In this document: in pieces, positions 1-10,266 of the stretch | How positions within the stretch are numbered: the first letter of the stretch is position 1 | Layout of the letters: every line of letters starts with the position of its first letter | Assembly (NCBI GenBank): GCA_000002445.1 | Contig: CP000069.1 | Location: forward strand, 576,001 to 640,000 | Length of the DNA stretch: 64,000 bases | From: Trypanosoma brucei | Taxonomy: Eukaryota | Reading direction: 5' to 3' | Notes under the pieces: generated by a model | What the model was told of the DNA's origin: nothing | Databases searched by the model: none | The model's input: only the letters and a program-made list of their open reading frames with translations | Program-made: the position numbers and the translations under genes

Positions 1-789
1 AACACGTGCTGAGGCGCCCAAAACGACACGAGACACTTCCTCCGAATCAGTATCCCGTGGGATCTTTAATGGTGGAACCGATATAATCGTCACTCGCGAA
101 TCGTTATTGTAGCACACTGAAATGTGTGCAGCGTTATGTGATAGTTTCAGAGAGCTAACAGTTTCTAGCATGGGAAAGCTTTCACATGCAATTTCCACCA
201 CCTGCTGTTGGTACCTCCGCCGACGCGAAATGGAGTAGCACTCGCCCCTCTTCAGGGTCACTAGTAGTACAAAAACACTTCTACGGTAGCCCACGGCCAC
301 GGCCCACTCCATGTTTGAAACGATTACGGCGTCAAGCGCCACCACGGGCCCACCGCCAGGATCTAAAGCTACAACTTCTGTCGATTCGAATTGTCCGCGC
401 TCTACAGAGCTGGAATTGGGGTCCCCTTCAACACACGTTAAGTAACCACCGGCAAGCGTCACGTGGCCATCGATGTAGCCGAAAACCAGCGCACCGCTGT
501 TAGCAAAGACGGCACTAATCTTGGTTGACACTCCCGCAGGGCTGTTGGGTGGGGACGGATATTCGACAGGTACAATCAGCTTCGGTAATGCGAAAGTACT
601 CAAAACTTCCACTGGAACCTGAATTTGAGGTGGAGCTTCGTTGGCGAGTCGGATATCACATGTTTTGGTAATCTCGCGTATATGGCGTTGGGGTGCTGTT
701 GCGTAGTCCAACGCGTCGTTAACGCAACGCATCACAATCTTCGTGAAGAAGCGCAAAGGTTGTACCGTATCATCGTAAAGGTACTGCAT
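1..789 (-). CDS. Partial CDS (N-terminal 263 codons; C-terminus runs off the window start); conserved-hypothetical-type protein, function unknown
   Basis: Translated by hand. The minus-strand frame is stop-free from nt 789 down to nt 1 (MQYLYDDTVQPLRFFTKIVMRCVNDALDYATAPQRH...GALVFGYIDGHVTLAGGYLTCVEGD...). The first in-frame ATG is at 789..787 and an in-frame stop (tta on plus) sits upstream at 841-843. It is absent from the ORF track because it has no stop inside the window. Orientation matches all other genes. Confidence 0.5.
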   Translation of the reverse strand, partial: MQYLYDDTVQPLRFFTKIVMRCVNDALDYATAPQRHIREITKTCDIRLANEAPPQIQVPVEVLSTFALPKLIVPVEYPSPPNSPAGVSTKISAVFANSGALVFGYIDGHVTLAGGYLTCVEGDPNSSSVERGQFESTEVVALDPGGGPVVALDAVIVSNMEWAVAVGYRRSVFVLLVTLKRGECYSISRRRRYQQQVVEIACESFPMLETVSSLKLSHNAAHISVCYNNDSRVTIISVPPLKIPRDTDSEEVSRVVLGASARV

Positions 790-1315
790 GTTATTAGCTA
801 GAAATGTGATAATACAATATTTTGCGTCTTCGTTTTCGGGTTATACGACTCGCAGTATGCAAAGAAGAGAGAAAGAGATATATGTATATTTGCTGCACAG
901 CCAAGCACCAACAACGACATGGAAGAAAGGGTAATATCTGTCCTTAGGGCACTTGCCAATGAAGATACAACAAATTATATTAAATACGTAGTAACGCGTG
1001 CAGATAGCAACATGATTATCTTTCGTGCTTCGCCACCCACCCCTTCCAAAGGATGGGAAAAATAGTTTATTCATTCTCAAGAAAAGGGGCTGATGATGAA
1101 CCACATGGATGAAAGGAGAAAATACTTTAAAATCTCCTTTTCTTGTGAATTTAAACTACCATTTCCCCCTACTATTATCTTCCTCCCCTGGTGATTTCAA
1201 ACAGCAGATAATTTATTTATTTTTTTTAAGCACACGGAACCGTAGGCGGTGTTACAACCTCCCGATTTTTTACTTCGCTGCCTTTTCCATGCTGGTGACG
1301 CTGGCACCCTTTAGC

Positions 1316-4300
1316 TCACCAATCACTATCACTGCTATCAAATGTGGGCAATTTTCGCTGGGGTACCTTCTTTGCAGGAGGCCCCTGAGCCGGCGGCTTC
1401 GCTTCCCCCCGGCGGATTTCGGCACTGTTCCCTTCACGCGACGAACCCGAAGACTCATTTCCAGCAGCACTACCCCCACTAATAACAGGGGGGTTGATGA
1501 CCTCAGCGGATCTCTGTAGGCTTTCATCGGTAATTGGTGGGGGTCCATCCGAGTCGCTATCTTCTTGCAGTGCTTCAGCGGCAATCGGCGGGGGTCCATC
1601 AAGTTCCGGTGATTCGTTAGGATTGTCAGCAACAACTGGCGGAGGCCCATCAAAATCATCGTTGTCAAACGGCGGAGGCCCATCAAGTTCCGGTGATTCG
1701 TTAGGATTGTCAGCAACAACCGGCGGAGGCCCATCAAGATCATCGTTGTCAAACGGCGGAGGCCCATCAAGTTCCGGTGATTCGTTAGGATTGTCAGCAA
1801 CAACCGGCGGAGGCCCATCAAAATCATCTTTGTCAATCGGCGGAGGCCCATCAAAATCATCGTTATCAATCGGTGGGGGTCCATCAAGATCATCGTTATC
1901 AATCGGCGGGGGTCCATCAAGTTCCGGTGGACTGTGTGAAGCTTCCAACGGGGCAGGAGGAGGCACACAACCACCTGTAGAAGAACTATGAGGTTCATAA
2001 AATTCAACTGGTGGTGGACCCTCGTCATCGGCGGATAATTGGGGGTCACCGGCTCCGGCACCCAACGTAGTAACAGCAGGTGGGGAGGAAATCACTTCGC
2101 CGTCATTCGGTGCGTCTTTTGGCAGTCCATCTGTTGGTACCTCCTCTCCCTCTTGAACGCCGTCTGTATCCGGAGCAGGTCGGAGTGATGGTATGTATTC
2201 AGCAAACATGTCAATTACAATTTGAAGAGTGGTTTCCTCCTCTGATACAATGCAGGCACGCATTTCACCCTCTCCCAACACGAGTGAGCGCTGTTCTGCC
2301 GCTATGGCAGCGATCCGTGTCACCAAACTCTTTTCATTTTCATAATCAAATAATAGCCCACTAAGTTCTGCACATTCCTCGGAGTCAATGGCATTGCGCA
2401 CGCCACTCTCCGTTGCAATTAAGTCATTTTGATCAGCGATGTGAACACTAGTTGTCGCATCCATAACGATAGAATGGAATTCGGCCTCTTCCTTCAGCAA
2501 AAGCACAGCGTACCCCCTGGCGCATTCACGGCGCAGCAATTGTCTTTCCTCCAACTCTGCAGACCATCTCGCTTCAAGGGCACTCAAATCTTCAGCGAAC
2601 TTTTCTAGCAACGTAGAAGCCAGGCGTTCTGCTTCGACGAAAAGCTGCTGCCGCTGCTCTGCCTCGCCCTTAAACATCAATGTAACTCTGTTGAAAAAGT
2701 CCTCCATTTGCATAACGATATCAAAACGGCCTTGCCTCTCTCGTGTGTTGAACTCACAAAGAGCTTCACCATCTCGCTCAATCATCAAAGCATACACAGC
2801 TTTAGCAGTCGACTCATAGCCCGTCTGTAGTGGCAACAGCCATCCGTTATATAACTCTTCCAAACTCTTTTTGTAGAGCATCAGCGTCGCTTCCTCGATC
2901 CACTGGAAGCGCCGCCGAGTTGCCGAAGCCAGTTCTGCAAGGTATTCCCGCTCCTGAAAGCTAAAATTAAGCGGTCTCCTCTTTCTTAGGTCTTCCAAAA
3001 GCGCCAACAAGTCGCTGACCTTAACCGGCCGCCGCAGTCGGTGGGCGAGAGCAGCAAAAGCAGCCATGATTTTGTCCCGACCACCTTGCAGCCTACCACG
3101 TGCGTTGCTAACCAACATTTCTAGTCGCCCGCGCCTGAAGTTCTCCTCGTGTAGCTGAGCGTTGAGACGTGCCGCCCTCGCGCCAGTGGTGCGCACCGTC
3201 ATTATACCGTCCTCAGCAGCCTGTCGAAGGTCCGCGCGACAGATATTGAGCTCCGCAAGAAGACGCTGTGCCTCCAGCGCGAGCTCCTGCTGCCTGTGCT
3301 CTGCTGCACTCCCTCGACTTTCCGCCTTTCCAATAGAGCGACCCTCTGCTTGACCGCGCCTGAAATTTTCCTCTGACGTGCGGGCACGATCCGCCATAAA
3401 CTTCGCCTCACGCGTTTGCAACTCCGTGATGAATTCTGTGCGCAACTGTTGCACCTCCATTGCGCGTCGTTGCCGCTCATCCTCAACAACCTGCGCATGC
3501 TGCGTCCGCTGCATGTCCGCCGCGCGCCGAACATCTTCAAGTTGGCCATTCTTCACGTGAAGTTCAGTTTTTGCCCTTGACAGCTGCTCTTGAAGTGTGG
3601 CTATAGTGGCCTCCAATGCCTTACGACGGGACCTTTCCTCTGACAGCGCATCTTGCAGATTATTAAGGGCACTAGCGGCTCTGTTTGTTTCTTCCGTGTT
3701 TAAGGAAGAAGTGCTACGCAAGTCTCGCAACTCTGTTTCGGATACCTGGAGAAGTTGCTTCACCGTCTGCAGATGTCGTTGAGCATCGTCCCGCTCCATT
3801 GCCGCCTGGTTAATTTGCTGCTGTACCTGCATGATAGCTCGCTCTCCCTCCAGTCTCACATCAGAAGCTGTTCGGGTGCACTTGTTCTTCTCGTCCAGCA
3901 GCTCCTGGGAGGCGAGGACCGCGCTGTCTACGCGCCGCTGCATTTCTTGATTACGGCGATCCAGCTCCCGTATTAATCCATCCCTTTGAGAGATAGAGTC
4001 GGCAACTCGGTCACTTTCCATGACGAGTTGCTGAACCGCTTCCAAAAGCGCTGCGTTTGTCAGCCTTGATGGCTTTGGTCTATTGATGGCGCGCCGCCAT
4101 TCGGCTGCTGTGGCCTCACTGATACTGCGGACGGTACGAGAATTTTCCACCGCCCCGTTAAGAAGCAGACCCAATCTCTGAAGGATTTCCATGTGTCCCT
4201 CTGGTACGCCAGCACCGGGCTCCACTGCAGAACTGCGTTGGGCAGATAATGCTCCCGGGGCCTCAACAACCCCCGCCCCACTGAAAGGCACGACAGCTGC

Positions 4301-5146
4301 CACGACATTACCACCCGAGCTACCTTCACTAGTTGGGACGATCAGAGCTCCGCTTCCTTCTTCGGCAACCGCTAAATCATCACCAACAGTCATCACCGTA
4401 GGTACACCGTCACTTTCCATGTTGAAAGTTTCGTCCTGAAGTATGTTTATCAACTGCACGACGAAAGCGGCACCATCGGCACCATACATGTTTCGGCGCC
4501 CATGCGGCAAGGCGGCAGCAGGCACCACAATGACGCGAGTGGAGCCCTCTCCCATACCGATCACTCCGCTTTCGAAGCCGTAGGCATCTGGAAAGTCACC
4601 CTGTAGGAGCGCTGCCGTGGACGCAACGGGTCTGAAGCAATACAACTCCTCCCCATTTGACTCCAGTAAGTCGCCCAGAAGTGGGAGCTCTGCACCACGA
4701 ACAGCATAAGCCGTATAATGAACACGCGCACGGTTATGCTGTTGGAGTCGAATGTCGACGCCGACAGGCATGAAGTCACTGGTATGTGCGGAATGTGTGG
4801 GTCGCCCTGCCAGCGCGTAGGTGGCTATTCCCAGAGCCGCGAGGAATGCCTTCTGTTTCTCTCCACTGAGAAACGCACACTTCCAATATTTTCCGGCCCC
4901 ATCGCGAAAACTTGCGTACATGCCGGTGTTCAACTGGAATTGTACGCTTTGCTCCAAACTTGAAGATATTGATGCCACACACAACGTTTCACGGCGGTCG
5001 TTGTAACACACAATACTGTACCTTGGCCGCCCTGCCGAGGTTGCTGCTGCAACAATGGCACACGCACAATTGCCACGTTCTATAGCCGTTCCATCAACCA
5101 CTTCAAATAGAGAAATCGGTGCGGCAATCAGTACCTTCTGCTGCAT
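1316..5146 (-). CDS. Large protein with an FKBP-like PPIase-fold domain near the N-terminus, a long central coiled-coil, and a C-terminal acidic Pro-rich tandem repeat (DGPPP[I/F/V]DNDD[L/F] / VVADNPNESPEL)
   Basis: The 1290-aa track ORF starts at a TTG (5188). The first ATG is at 5146 (MQQKVLIAAP...). The segment VHYTAYAV...GFESGVIGMGEGSTRVIVVPAAALPHG...ADGAAFVVQLINI aligns with the FKBP12 core (VHYTG...GWEEGV.QMSVGQRAKL.I.P.YAYG...ATLVFDVELL). There are about 450 aa of heptad-rich Q/E/R/L sequence and C-terminal repeats. Confidence 0.75.
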   Translation of the reverse strand: MQQKVLIAAPISLFEVVDGTAIERGNCACAIVAAATSAGRPRYSIVCYNDRRETLCVASISSSLEQSVQFQLNTGMYASFRDGAGKYWKCAFLSGEKQKAFLAALGIATYALAGRPTHSAHTSDFMPVGVDIRLQQHNRARVHYTAYAVRGAELPLLGDLLESNGEELYCFRPVASTAALLQGDFPDAYGFESGVIGMGEGSTRVIVVPAAALPHGRRNMYGADGAAFVVQLINILQDETFNMESDGVPTVMTVGDDLAVAEEGSGALIVPTSEGSSGGNVVAAVVPFSGAGVVEAPGALSAQRSSAVEPGAGVPEGHMEILQRLGLLLNGAVENSRTVRSISEATAAEWRRAINRPKPSRLTNAALLEAVQQLVMESDRVADSISQRDGLIRELDRRNQEMQRRVDSAVLASQELLDEKNKCTRTASDVRLEGERAIMQVQQQINQAAMERDDAQRHLQTVKQLLQVSETELRDLRSTSSLNTEETNRAASALNNLQDALSEERSRRKALEATIATLQEQLSRAKTELHVKNGQLEDVRRAADMQRTQHAQVVEDERQRRAMEVQQLRTEFITELQTREAKFMADRARTSEENFRRGQAEGRSIGKAESRGSAAEHRQQELALEAQRLLAELNICRADLRQAAEDGIMTVRTTGARAARLNAQLHEENFRRGRLEMLVSNARGRLQGGRDKIMAAFAALAHRLRRPVKVSDLLALLEDLRKRRPLNFSFQEREYLAELASATRRRFQWIEEATLMLYKKSLEELYNGWLLPLQTGYESTAKAVYALMIERDGEALCEFNTRERQGRFDIVMQMEDFFNRVTLMFKGEAEQRQQLFVEAERLASTLLEKFAEDLSALEARWSAELEERQLLRRECARGYAVLLLKEEAEFHSIVMDATTSVHIADQNDLIATESGVRNAIDSEECAELSGLLFDYENEKSLVTRIAAIAAEQRSLVLGEGEMRACIVSEEETTLQIVIDMFAEYIPSLRPAPDTDGVQEGEEVPTDGLPKDAPNDGEVISSPPAVTTLGAGAGDPQLSADDEGPPPVEFYEPHSSSTGGCVPPPAPLEASHSPPELDGPPPIDNDDLDGPPPIDNDDFDGPPPIDKDDFDGPPPVVADNPNESPELDGPPPFDNDDLDGPPPVVADNPNESPELDGPPPFDNDDFDGPPPVVADNPNESPELDGPPPIAAEALQEDSDSDGPPPITDESLQRSAEVINPPVISGGSAAGNESSGSSREGNSAEIRRGEAKPPAQGPPAKKVPQRKLPTFDSSDSDW
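1560..1990. repeat. In-frame tandem repeat inside the CDS (33-bp DGPPPxDNDDx units nested in ~84-bp units, at least 3 long copies)
   Basis: The motif ggcggaggcccatcaa(g/a)(a/t)tcatcgttgtcaa(a/t)cggcggaggcccatcaagttccggtgattcgttaggattgtcagcaacaaccggcggaggccc repeats directly. It explains the spurious overlapping ORFs 1270..2061(-) and 1494..1991(+). Confidence 0.9.
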
Positions 5147-6170
5147 CACATTCAGCAGCAAAGGTTTTTTGTGGGTAACGTAAAGCAAGAAAATGAAAAA
5201 GTTACTAAGTTGTGTGTATATATATTTATTTATAACTGAATGGACGTTTCCGTTAGAGGATAGACCTTCCTTCTCTCTTTATCCTTCCTTGAGGAAAGGC
5301 AACAACTACTTTGCACAAAAGAAGAAAGTGTTTATGCGACGCCGTAGGCGCTAAGTTAGAGGCGCATACTGACTACTCAAGCAAGAATCGTATGACCGCT
5401 TAATTAAGACCGGGCGTGCACAGCGAGAAGGAATCGCAACCTTCTTCGTTGTTTTTATTTATTACTATGATCACCTCACTCATTCAACGCTTGCCCGTCA
5501 CCACCCCTATTCCGCGCCACTACCATTAACACACAAAACAATCCCAATGTCATTTCCATAACGGCAATATGGAAGCAAAAATGAGAGAAAATTGGAACAT
5601 AAGGAAGAGTTAAAAAACAAGAGATAAGTGACATCAAAGGAAAGAAGGAGGAAAAAAAGGAGTAAACTTCCACACCTTTTTTTCACACTTCACTTACCAT
5701 ATCCTCAACCTTTCCCCCTCTTCACTTGCAAAGCATACAGATGTTGTATTTGTTATTATTTTTTTAAATATATATCCTTTTAAACGCCGTCTCGCATCGT
5801 TATCAATCCGCACATATTCGGCAAGCACACATTCCCCATGGGCATATCAACAAAAGGACTCTTTAAAAAAACAAAAAAAAATATGTGCAATGAGATAAGT
5901 ATATGAGATGTTAGAATCAATGTCCATTATTATATTGTAAAGGCCAAGTGTGGAGGATGGAGGACTTTTTAAAAAAAAAAAGAAAATTGAAAAGCGGCCT
6001 CTCCTCCAAAACGAAACAAAGGGAATAATTTCTGTGAACGACCGAACTCGACGCGAACACCCACTTCAACAAACTCATCCCTCCATGCTCAACTCACACG
6101 TTAAGGCGCACATAAATTTTCAACATATTGCAAACAGCAGCAAAACAGAAAACTTCCTTGTCTTCCATCC

Positions 6171-7646
6171 TCAGCCCAAGTGAGTTGCGCTTGTGCGTCT
6201 GCGTGGCCGATAAAAGGTGCGAACGGTGATGCACGACAGCACCGACGAAAAAAGGGATAATGTCAACGAACCAACCACCATAACTCTCACTAACGAATCA
6301 TCCTCACAATTCTGTCCCAAGTGAAGCTGAAGAGACAACTTGGACTTGAGCACCTCTATCTGCTTCATGACGTCCTGTAATTTGTCACGGTTTTCGTTAT
6401 TACTCCGCTTGAAGTCCTTCACTTGCATCCCTAACCACTGCAACGTGATCTCCCTTTGTGCGGCTTTCAACTCCATATCCTTGTGGCGCGAATTCAAGTC
6501 TACTACCTCCTGCTGAAGCGTTTTTATCTGTTTACTCATTTGGGCAAGCATGAGTAATACCGAACTGCTGGTGTGTGGTTTGGAAAGAGCGGTAATTTTG
6601 TTTGATAGCGCGACACGAGATACGCAGAAACTGAGTAGGTGGATCACATATAGATTCCGTTCGTGTGGAAGACATGTTCGGGACGCATTTTCTGGTGGAA
6701 GAACGGTGGAACAGTAACGCTGGGCAATGGTATCTAAATACATGCTATTGAAGGTGGTGCCATTACACTTCTTGGTTTTACTTCCATCATCCTTGCAGCC
6801 ATTTAAGTCCACACAGAGATTGCCTTCATAATTTGAGTGCTTGAGTAGACCACCTCCTGGGGAGCGACTGTTGGTCTCGTGATGATCCTCAACAGTACTA
6901 ATAACAGCAGCAGTTACGCCAGCACCACTGGTACCGTAATCTATGCCAATGGCAGTGTGTTTGTCATCCTGAGGAGGGGACACAATTATTAGTGGCTCAG
7001 TTAACGGAGTGGGTGGAATAGAATGTTCCTGTTCCTGCTCGTGTTGTTGTTGTTCCTCTACGCTAACAGTGTAATCCTCCGTAAGAGTTTCAAGTACATC
7101 CACACCGAATACCTTGAAGGTGGTGAGCGCGCACCATGAATGTTCTCCGTATGAAGTTGCCCATAAGAAGCGCAGGAACCGCACAGGTTGCTGATTTGCC
7201 ACATCGAAATGTTGAGTGCCCCGCCACGGATCCGCTTTGAAGTGTCCCAGCACTCGCCATTCATTAGTTGGGTACCTGCTACTTCCAAGCACAGTAAAAT
7301 TTTTTACCCTGGAGCTGAAATGCTCTTGGCTCACAAGTGTCATGATGCGAACCTCGATACCACGTATAAGTTGCACGGTGAAGTATTTCCGCTGTGTATT
7401 GCAGGGACACAGCATATACTTCTCATTATCTTCATTGAGAACTGAAGATGCATCAAGGCATTCTGGACTAAAATCAGTCAACGTAGCACCCAAGTATGCC
7501 GATGCATAATTTGTTGTGAATCCTTTGCTCCGTTCGTGTGGCTTCTCATCACGCCACCCGGGTTCCGACGGTCTGAAAAAAGTCGATGCATACGCGGCAG
7601 CAACCACAACAACAAAAGCCGCCGCAGGTAAGTAGTACCGTTTCAT
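6171..7646 (-). CDS. SUN-domain (Sad1/UNC-84, SLP1/SUCO-like) membrane protein with an N-terminal signal/anchor, a coiled-coil and a C-terminal transmembrane segment
   Basis: The start is ATG. The SUN-domain signature is TNYASAYLGATL...CPCNTQRKYFTVQLIRGIEVRIMTLVSQEHFSSRVKNFTVLGSSRYPTNEWRVLGHF...WCALTTFKVFG. The N-terminus is hydrophobic (AAAFVVVVAAAYA) and the C-terminus has a TM stretch (VMVVGSLTLSLFSSVLSCITV). Confidence 0.75.
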   Translation of the reverse strand: MKRYYLPAAAFVVVVAAAYASTFFRPSEPGWRDEKPHERSKGFTTNYASAYLGATLTDFSPECLDASSVLNEDNEKYMLCPCNTQRKYFTVQLIRGIEVRIMTLVSQEHFSSRVKNFTVLGSSRYPTNEWRVLGHFKADPWRGTQHFDVANQQPVRFLRFLWATSYGEHSWCALTTFKVFGVDVLETLTEDYTVSVEEQQQHEQEQEHSIPPTPLTEPLIIVSPPQDDKHTAIGIDYGTSGAGVTAAVISTVEDHHETNSRSPGGGLLKHSNYEGNLCVDLNGCKDDGSKTKKCNGTTFNSMYLDTIAQRYCSTVLPPENASRTCLPHERNLYVIHLLSFCVSRVALSNKITALSKPHTSSSVLLMLAQMSKQIKTLQQEVVDLNSRHKDMELKAAQREITLQWLGMQVKDFKRSNNENRDKLQDVMKQIEVLKSKLSLQLHLGQNCEDDSLVRVMVVGSLTLSLFSSVLSCITVRTFYRPRRRTSATHLG

Positions 7647-8160
7647 GATAAATAAATGTGTCTACACGTATGTTTATTATATATCTCGCTTTAACAAAAA
7701 GAAAAAAAAGAAAATGTGTTATCCTACGGTATCCCTTGCGGCCTATCCAATGTGCCCCCTTCTGCTATTGAGGGAATAAAAACACATCAAAAGCAAAGGG
7801 GAGAAAAAAAAAAGGTCGAAAAGGAGGGAAACCAGATTGCCGTAAAGAAACCATGAGCGGAAGGTGATTACCTCCACACTCCACTCCGTATGCAACAGCG
7901 GTACCAAACATTTTCACCAGAGGGACAAACTTGCGTTGTTACGCACTCAACTATGCGAATGAGTTAAAGAACTTACTCAAACCGAGACCACAGCAACATG
8001 ATCTGCAAGGTGGAAGATATCGCCTTTTTTTTTCCTCCCATATCCCCACAACTTCTCTTTAATACTTTTTTTTTTAATAACGGTCGCACAACTAAAACAC
8101 TGCTTGGTCCTGTGTGTTGAAGTTGCAGCAAAACGTTACTACAATGCAAAAAAAAAAATG

Positions 8161-10266
8161 CTACGAAGAACCTCCAAAGAGTTCCTCAAATTCCCTGTCA
8201 ATCTCCATTCCAACATCACGGGTATCACCGGCAGCTGTGGCTGATAAATCCACAGTCGCCGTATCTGTTGGTACTGCAGTTGTAGTCAACAAAAATGTTT
8301 CGGACCCACCACCAGTTATCAAGGGAGAAGAGTTCGTCGTCTCCCCCAAATTTTCGACCTTCGGCTCCTGCTTGTAAGAGGGTCCCTTGTAAGCCGCAAC
8401 ACTCGTGATAAGATCAAATTCATCGTCGCTGCCGGTATCATCACCTCCTAAAGAGAAAGCGTTCTGGCGAGGAGCGGAGTCTTTGAACTCCTTGACTGAT
8501 TCAGCTTTTGCAGATGTCAAATATGCGGGTTGCGACTGGCAGCTCTTCACCAACTGCGCTGGTAACGACGCCGCCGTACCGGATTCTCCAAAAGTTGCCG
8601 TCGTATTTATGGTTTCGACACCACCTCTTGGCTTCAGTCGCTCACTAACACGTTTGAACAACCCCATTCCCCATGTTTTAACAGCTTCAACCTGTTCCTT
8701 CGCTTTGTTGCTAATTTCCTCAGCCTTTCGCCGCGCCTCAGTTCCATCAAAGTCCACACGAGGCACGAGTTTCGCGAGAACATTGTTTCGAAATGTGCCC
8801 GAGCCACTCAACAACACGGTGGTTTCACCGTTAGCAGTTGTCTTCACCATCGTGATTTCATTAGTTTTCATCAATGAAATGACAGTGCGAAAGCGGCCGC
8901 TACTCACATATGGGAGCCCGCCATGAACCAAACGGAGCGTTACTACATTCAATAAATTGATCTCCTCTGTTATTTGCCGCCCAGTGCCAAACACACAGAG
9001 GTGCCCTCCGCGTGTCGTCGAGAGTGTTAACACCAGTTTGTTGATCTTTTCCGTATCGAAGCCAATATCGTCTCCTGCATGAACTGCAGCGGGCAATCGG
9101 GCGGCATCGAAACTAACGCGAGCCCGGCAATCCACAATGGTGTAGTTTATGGGCGGGCATTCAGAAGGTTCAGATGTTGTAGTCGTAAATGATTCTAGAT
9201 AGTCACCGCGCTCTAATGGAAGGGCCGCAAATGACGAGTAATACTCTGCAAGTGCTTGCGGTGTCTTTTGGATGCTACTTGGCTGCCCTCTACCAAAATT
9301 ACCAGGGTACAGCAGTGTTCTAATCACGTGCCGTGTGACACGCGGTGTATTTCGCCGCACAACATCTGCATTTTGCACCAACGCACCTCCAGAAGAAAGT
9401 GGTACAAGAGCCGCCGACACACAACCATGAGGCTGAAAACTGACGTTGTTATCACCAGACACGGGCAGTTGAAAGATAATTGACTCCATTGCCATCTCCA
9501 GTTCCTTCTTCGTGTTCAGATTCAGGAAGCGTTTACGGCAGGAAATTAGATATGCCAGTATAAAATACACTGTGTATGTAGCATCACCTGTTACTAACAG
9601 CCAATCCCACACCTGCACAGCCGATTCAGAATTACCGCCCATTACAAAGAGACGCCGCGCCCAACGGAAAATATAAGCACCGATATCAATCAGATGCTGC
9701 CCAAGATGAAGAGACAACTGGGGATCGTGGTACTGAAGTAGAAGACGGAATAATGCTATAAGTGCGTCACCATACAGGGAGGAAGATTCAGGTGCCACAA
9801 ACTCTTTACAAAACGCTTCTAACAGAAAGAAAAACATGCTCAGCGTCTCCGACTCAGAGGGCAAATCTGCAGCGGCAACAACAGAAGCTAATGCTGTGGC
9901 AATGGGTGCAATTCGCTGATCAAACGCACACTTTGTTTCATTCGTGAAATGGTACATGAAACCCTGCAACTCGGCATCTTCCCACCTCTTGTTTTTGCTT
10001 CCCAACGTTTCCTTCAACTGCACAAGAGTGGAGTGTTGAATATTATCCGCAGCAGACGCGTACTTGGCAAACGATATTGTCCCATATTTCCTCTGCTTGT
10101 GTAATAGAAGCCCACAATACAAATTGTAACGCCGTCGTGCAGACAAAACATTTGACATTTGTTGGACTCGCATGCACGCCTCCCGGAGTGACTCCGTTGT
10201 CACATATTGCGACTCACATCCTACCTTGTCCAGCAGTTCAAAAAGTTTCTCAGTTGCTCCACTCAT
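8161..10266 (-). CDS. TBC-domain (Rab-GAP-like, probably non-catalytic) plus rhodanese-like domain protein; TBC1D23-like architecture
   Basis: The start is ATG. The TBC C-terminal half reads LLLQYHDPQLSLHLGQHLIDIGAYIFRWARRLFVMGGNSESAVQVWDWLLVTGDATYTVYFILAYL. A rhodanese-like block follows (INYTIVDCRARVSFDAARLPAAVHAG). I did not see Arg/Gln catalytic fingers. Confidence 0.7.
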   Translation of the reverse strand: MSGATEKLFELLDKVGCESQYVTTESLREACMRVQQMSNVLSARRRYNLYCGLLLHKQRKYGTISFAKYASAADNIQHSTLVQLKETLGSKNKRWEDAELQGFMYHFTNETKCAFDQRIAPIATALASVVAAADLPSESETLSMFFFLLEAFCKEFVAPESSSLYGDALIALFRLLLQYHDPQLSLHLGQHLIDIGAYIFRWARRLFVMGGNSESAVQVWDWLLVTGDATYTVYFILAYLISCRKRFLNLNTKKELEMAMESIIFQLPVSGDNNVSFQPHGCVSAALVPLSSGGALVQNADVVRRNTPRVTRHVIRTLLYPGNFGRGQPSSIQKTPQALAEYYSSFAALPLERGDYLESFTTTTSEPSECPPINYTIVDCRARVSFDAARLPAAVHAGDDIGFDTEKINKLVLTLSTTRGGHLCVFGTGRQITEEINLLNVVTLRLVHGGLPYVSSGRFRTVISLMKTNEITMVKTTANGETTVLLSGSGTFRNNVLAKLVPRVDFDGTEARRKAEEISNKAKEQVEAVKTWGMGLFKRVSERLKPRGGVETINTTATFGESGTAASLPAQLVKSCQSQPAYLTSAKAESVKEFKDSAPRQNAFSLGGDDTGSDDEFDLITSVAAYKGPSYKQEPKVENLGETTNSSPLITGGGSETFLLTTTAVPTDTATVDLSATAAGDTRDVGMEIDREFEELFGGSS

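Noticed and set aside
375-395. tRNA-like TTCGAATC (T-loop-like) string
   Set aside because: It is embedded in the 1..789 coding frame. There is no acceptor stem, D-arm or anticodon arm around it, and no GG...CC flanks.
1270-2061. ORFs 1270..2061(-) and 1494..1991(+) with repetitive translations (LMGLRRLTTMI...; GGGPSSSGDSLGLSATT...)
   Set aside because: They are alternative-frame and antisense readings of the 33/84-bp repeat inside the 1316..5146 CDS. The sense frame encodes the coherent DGPPP/DNDD repeat, which is contiguous with a 3.8-kb gene.
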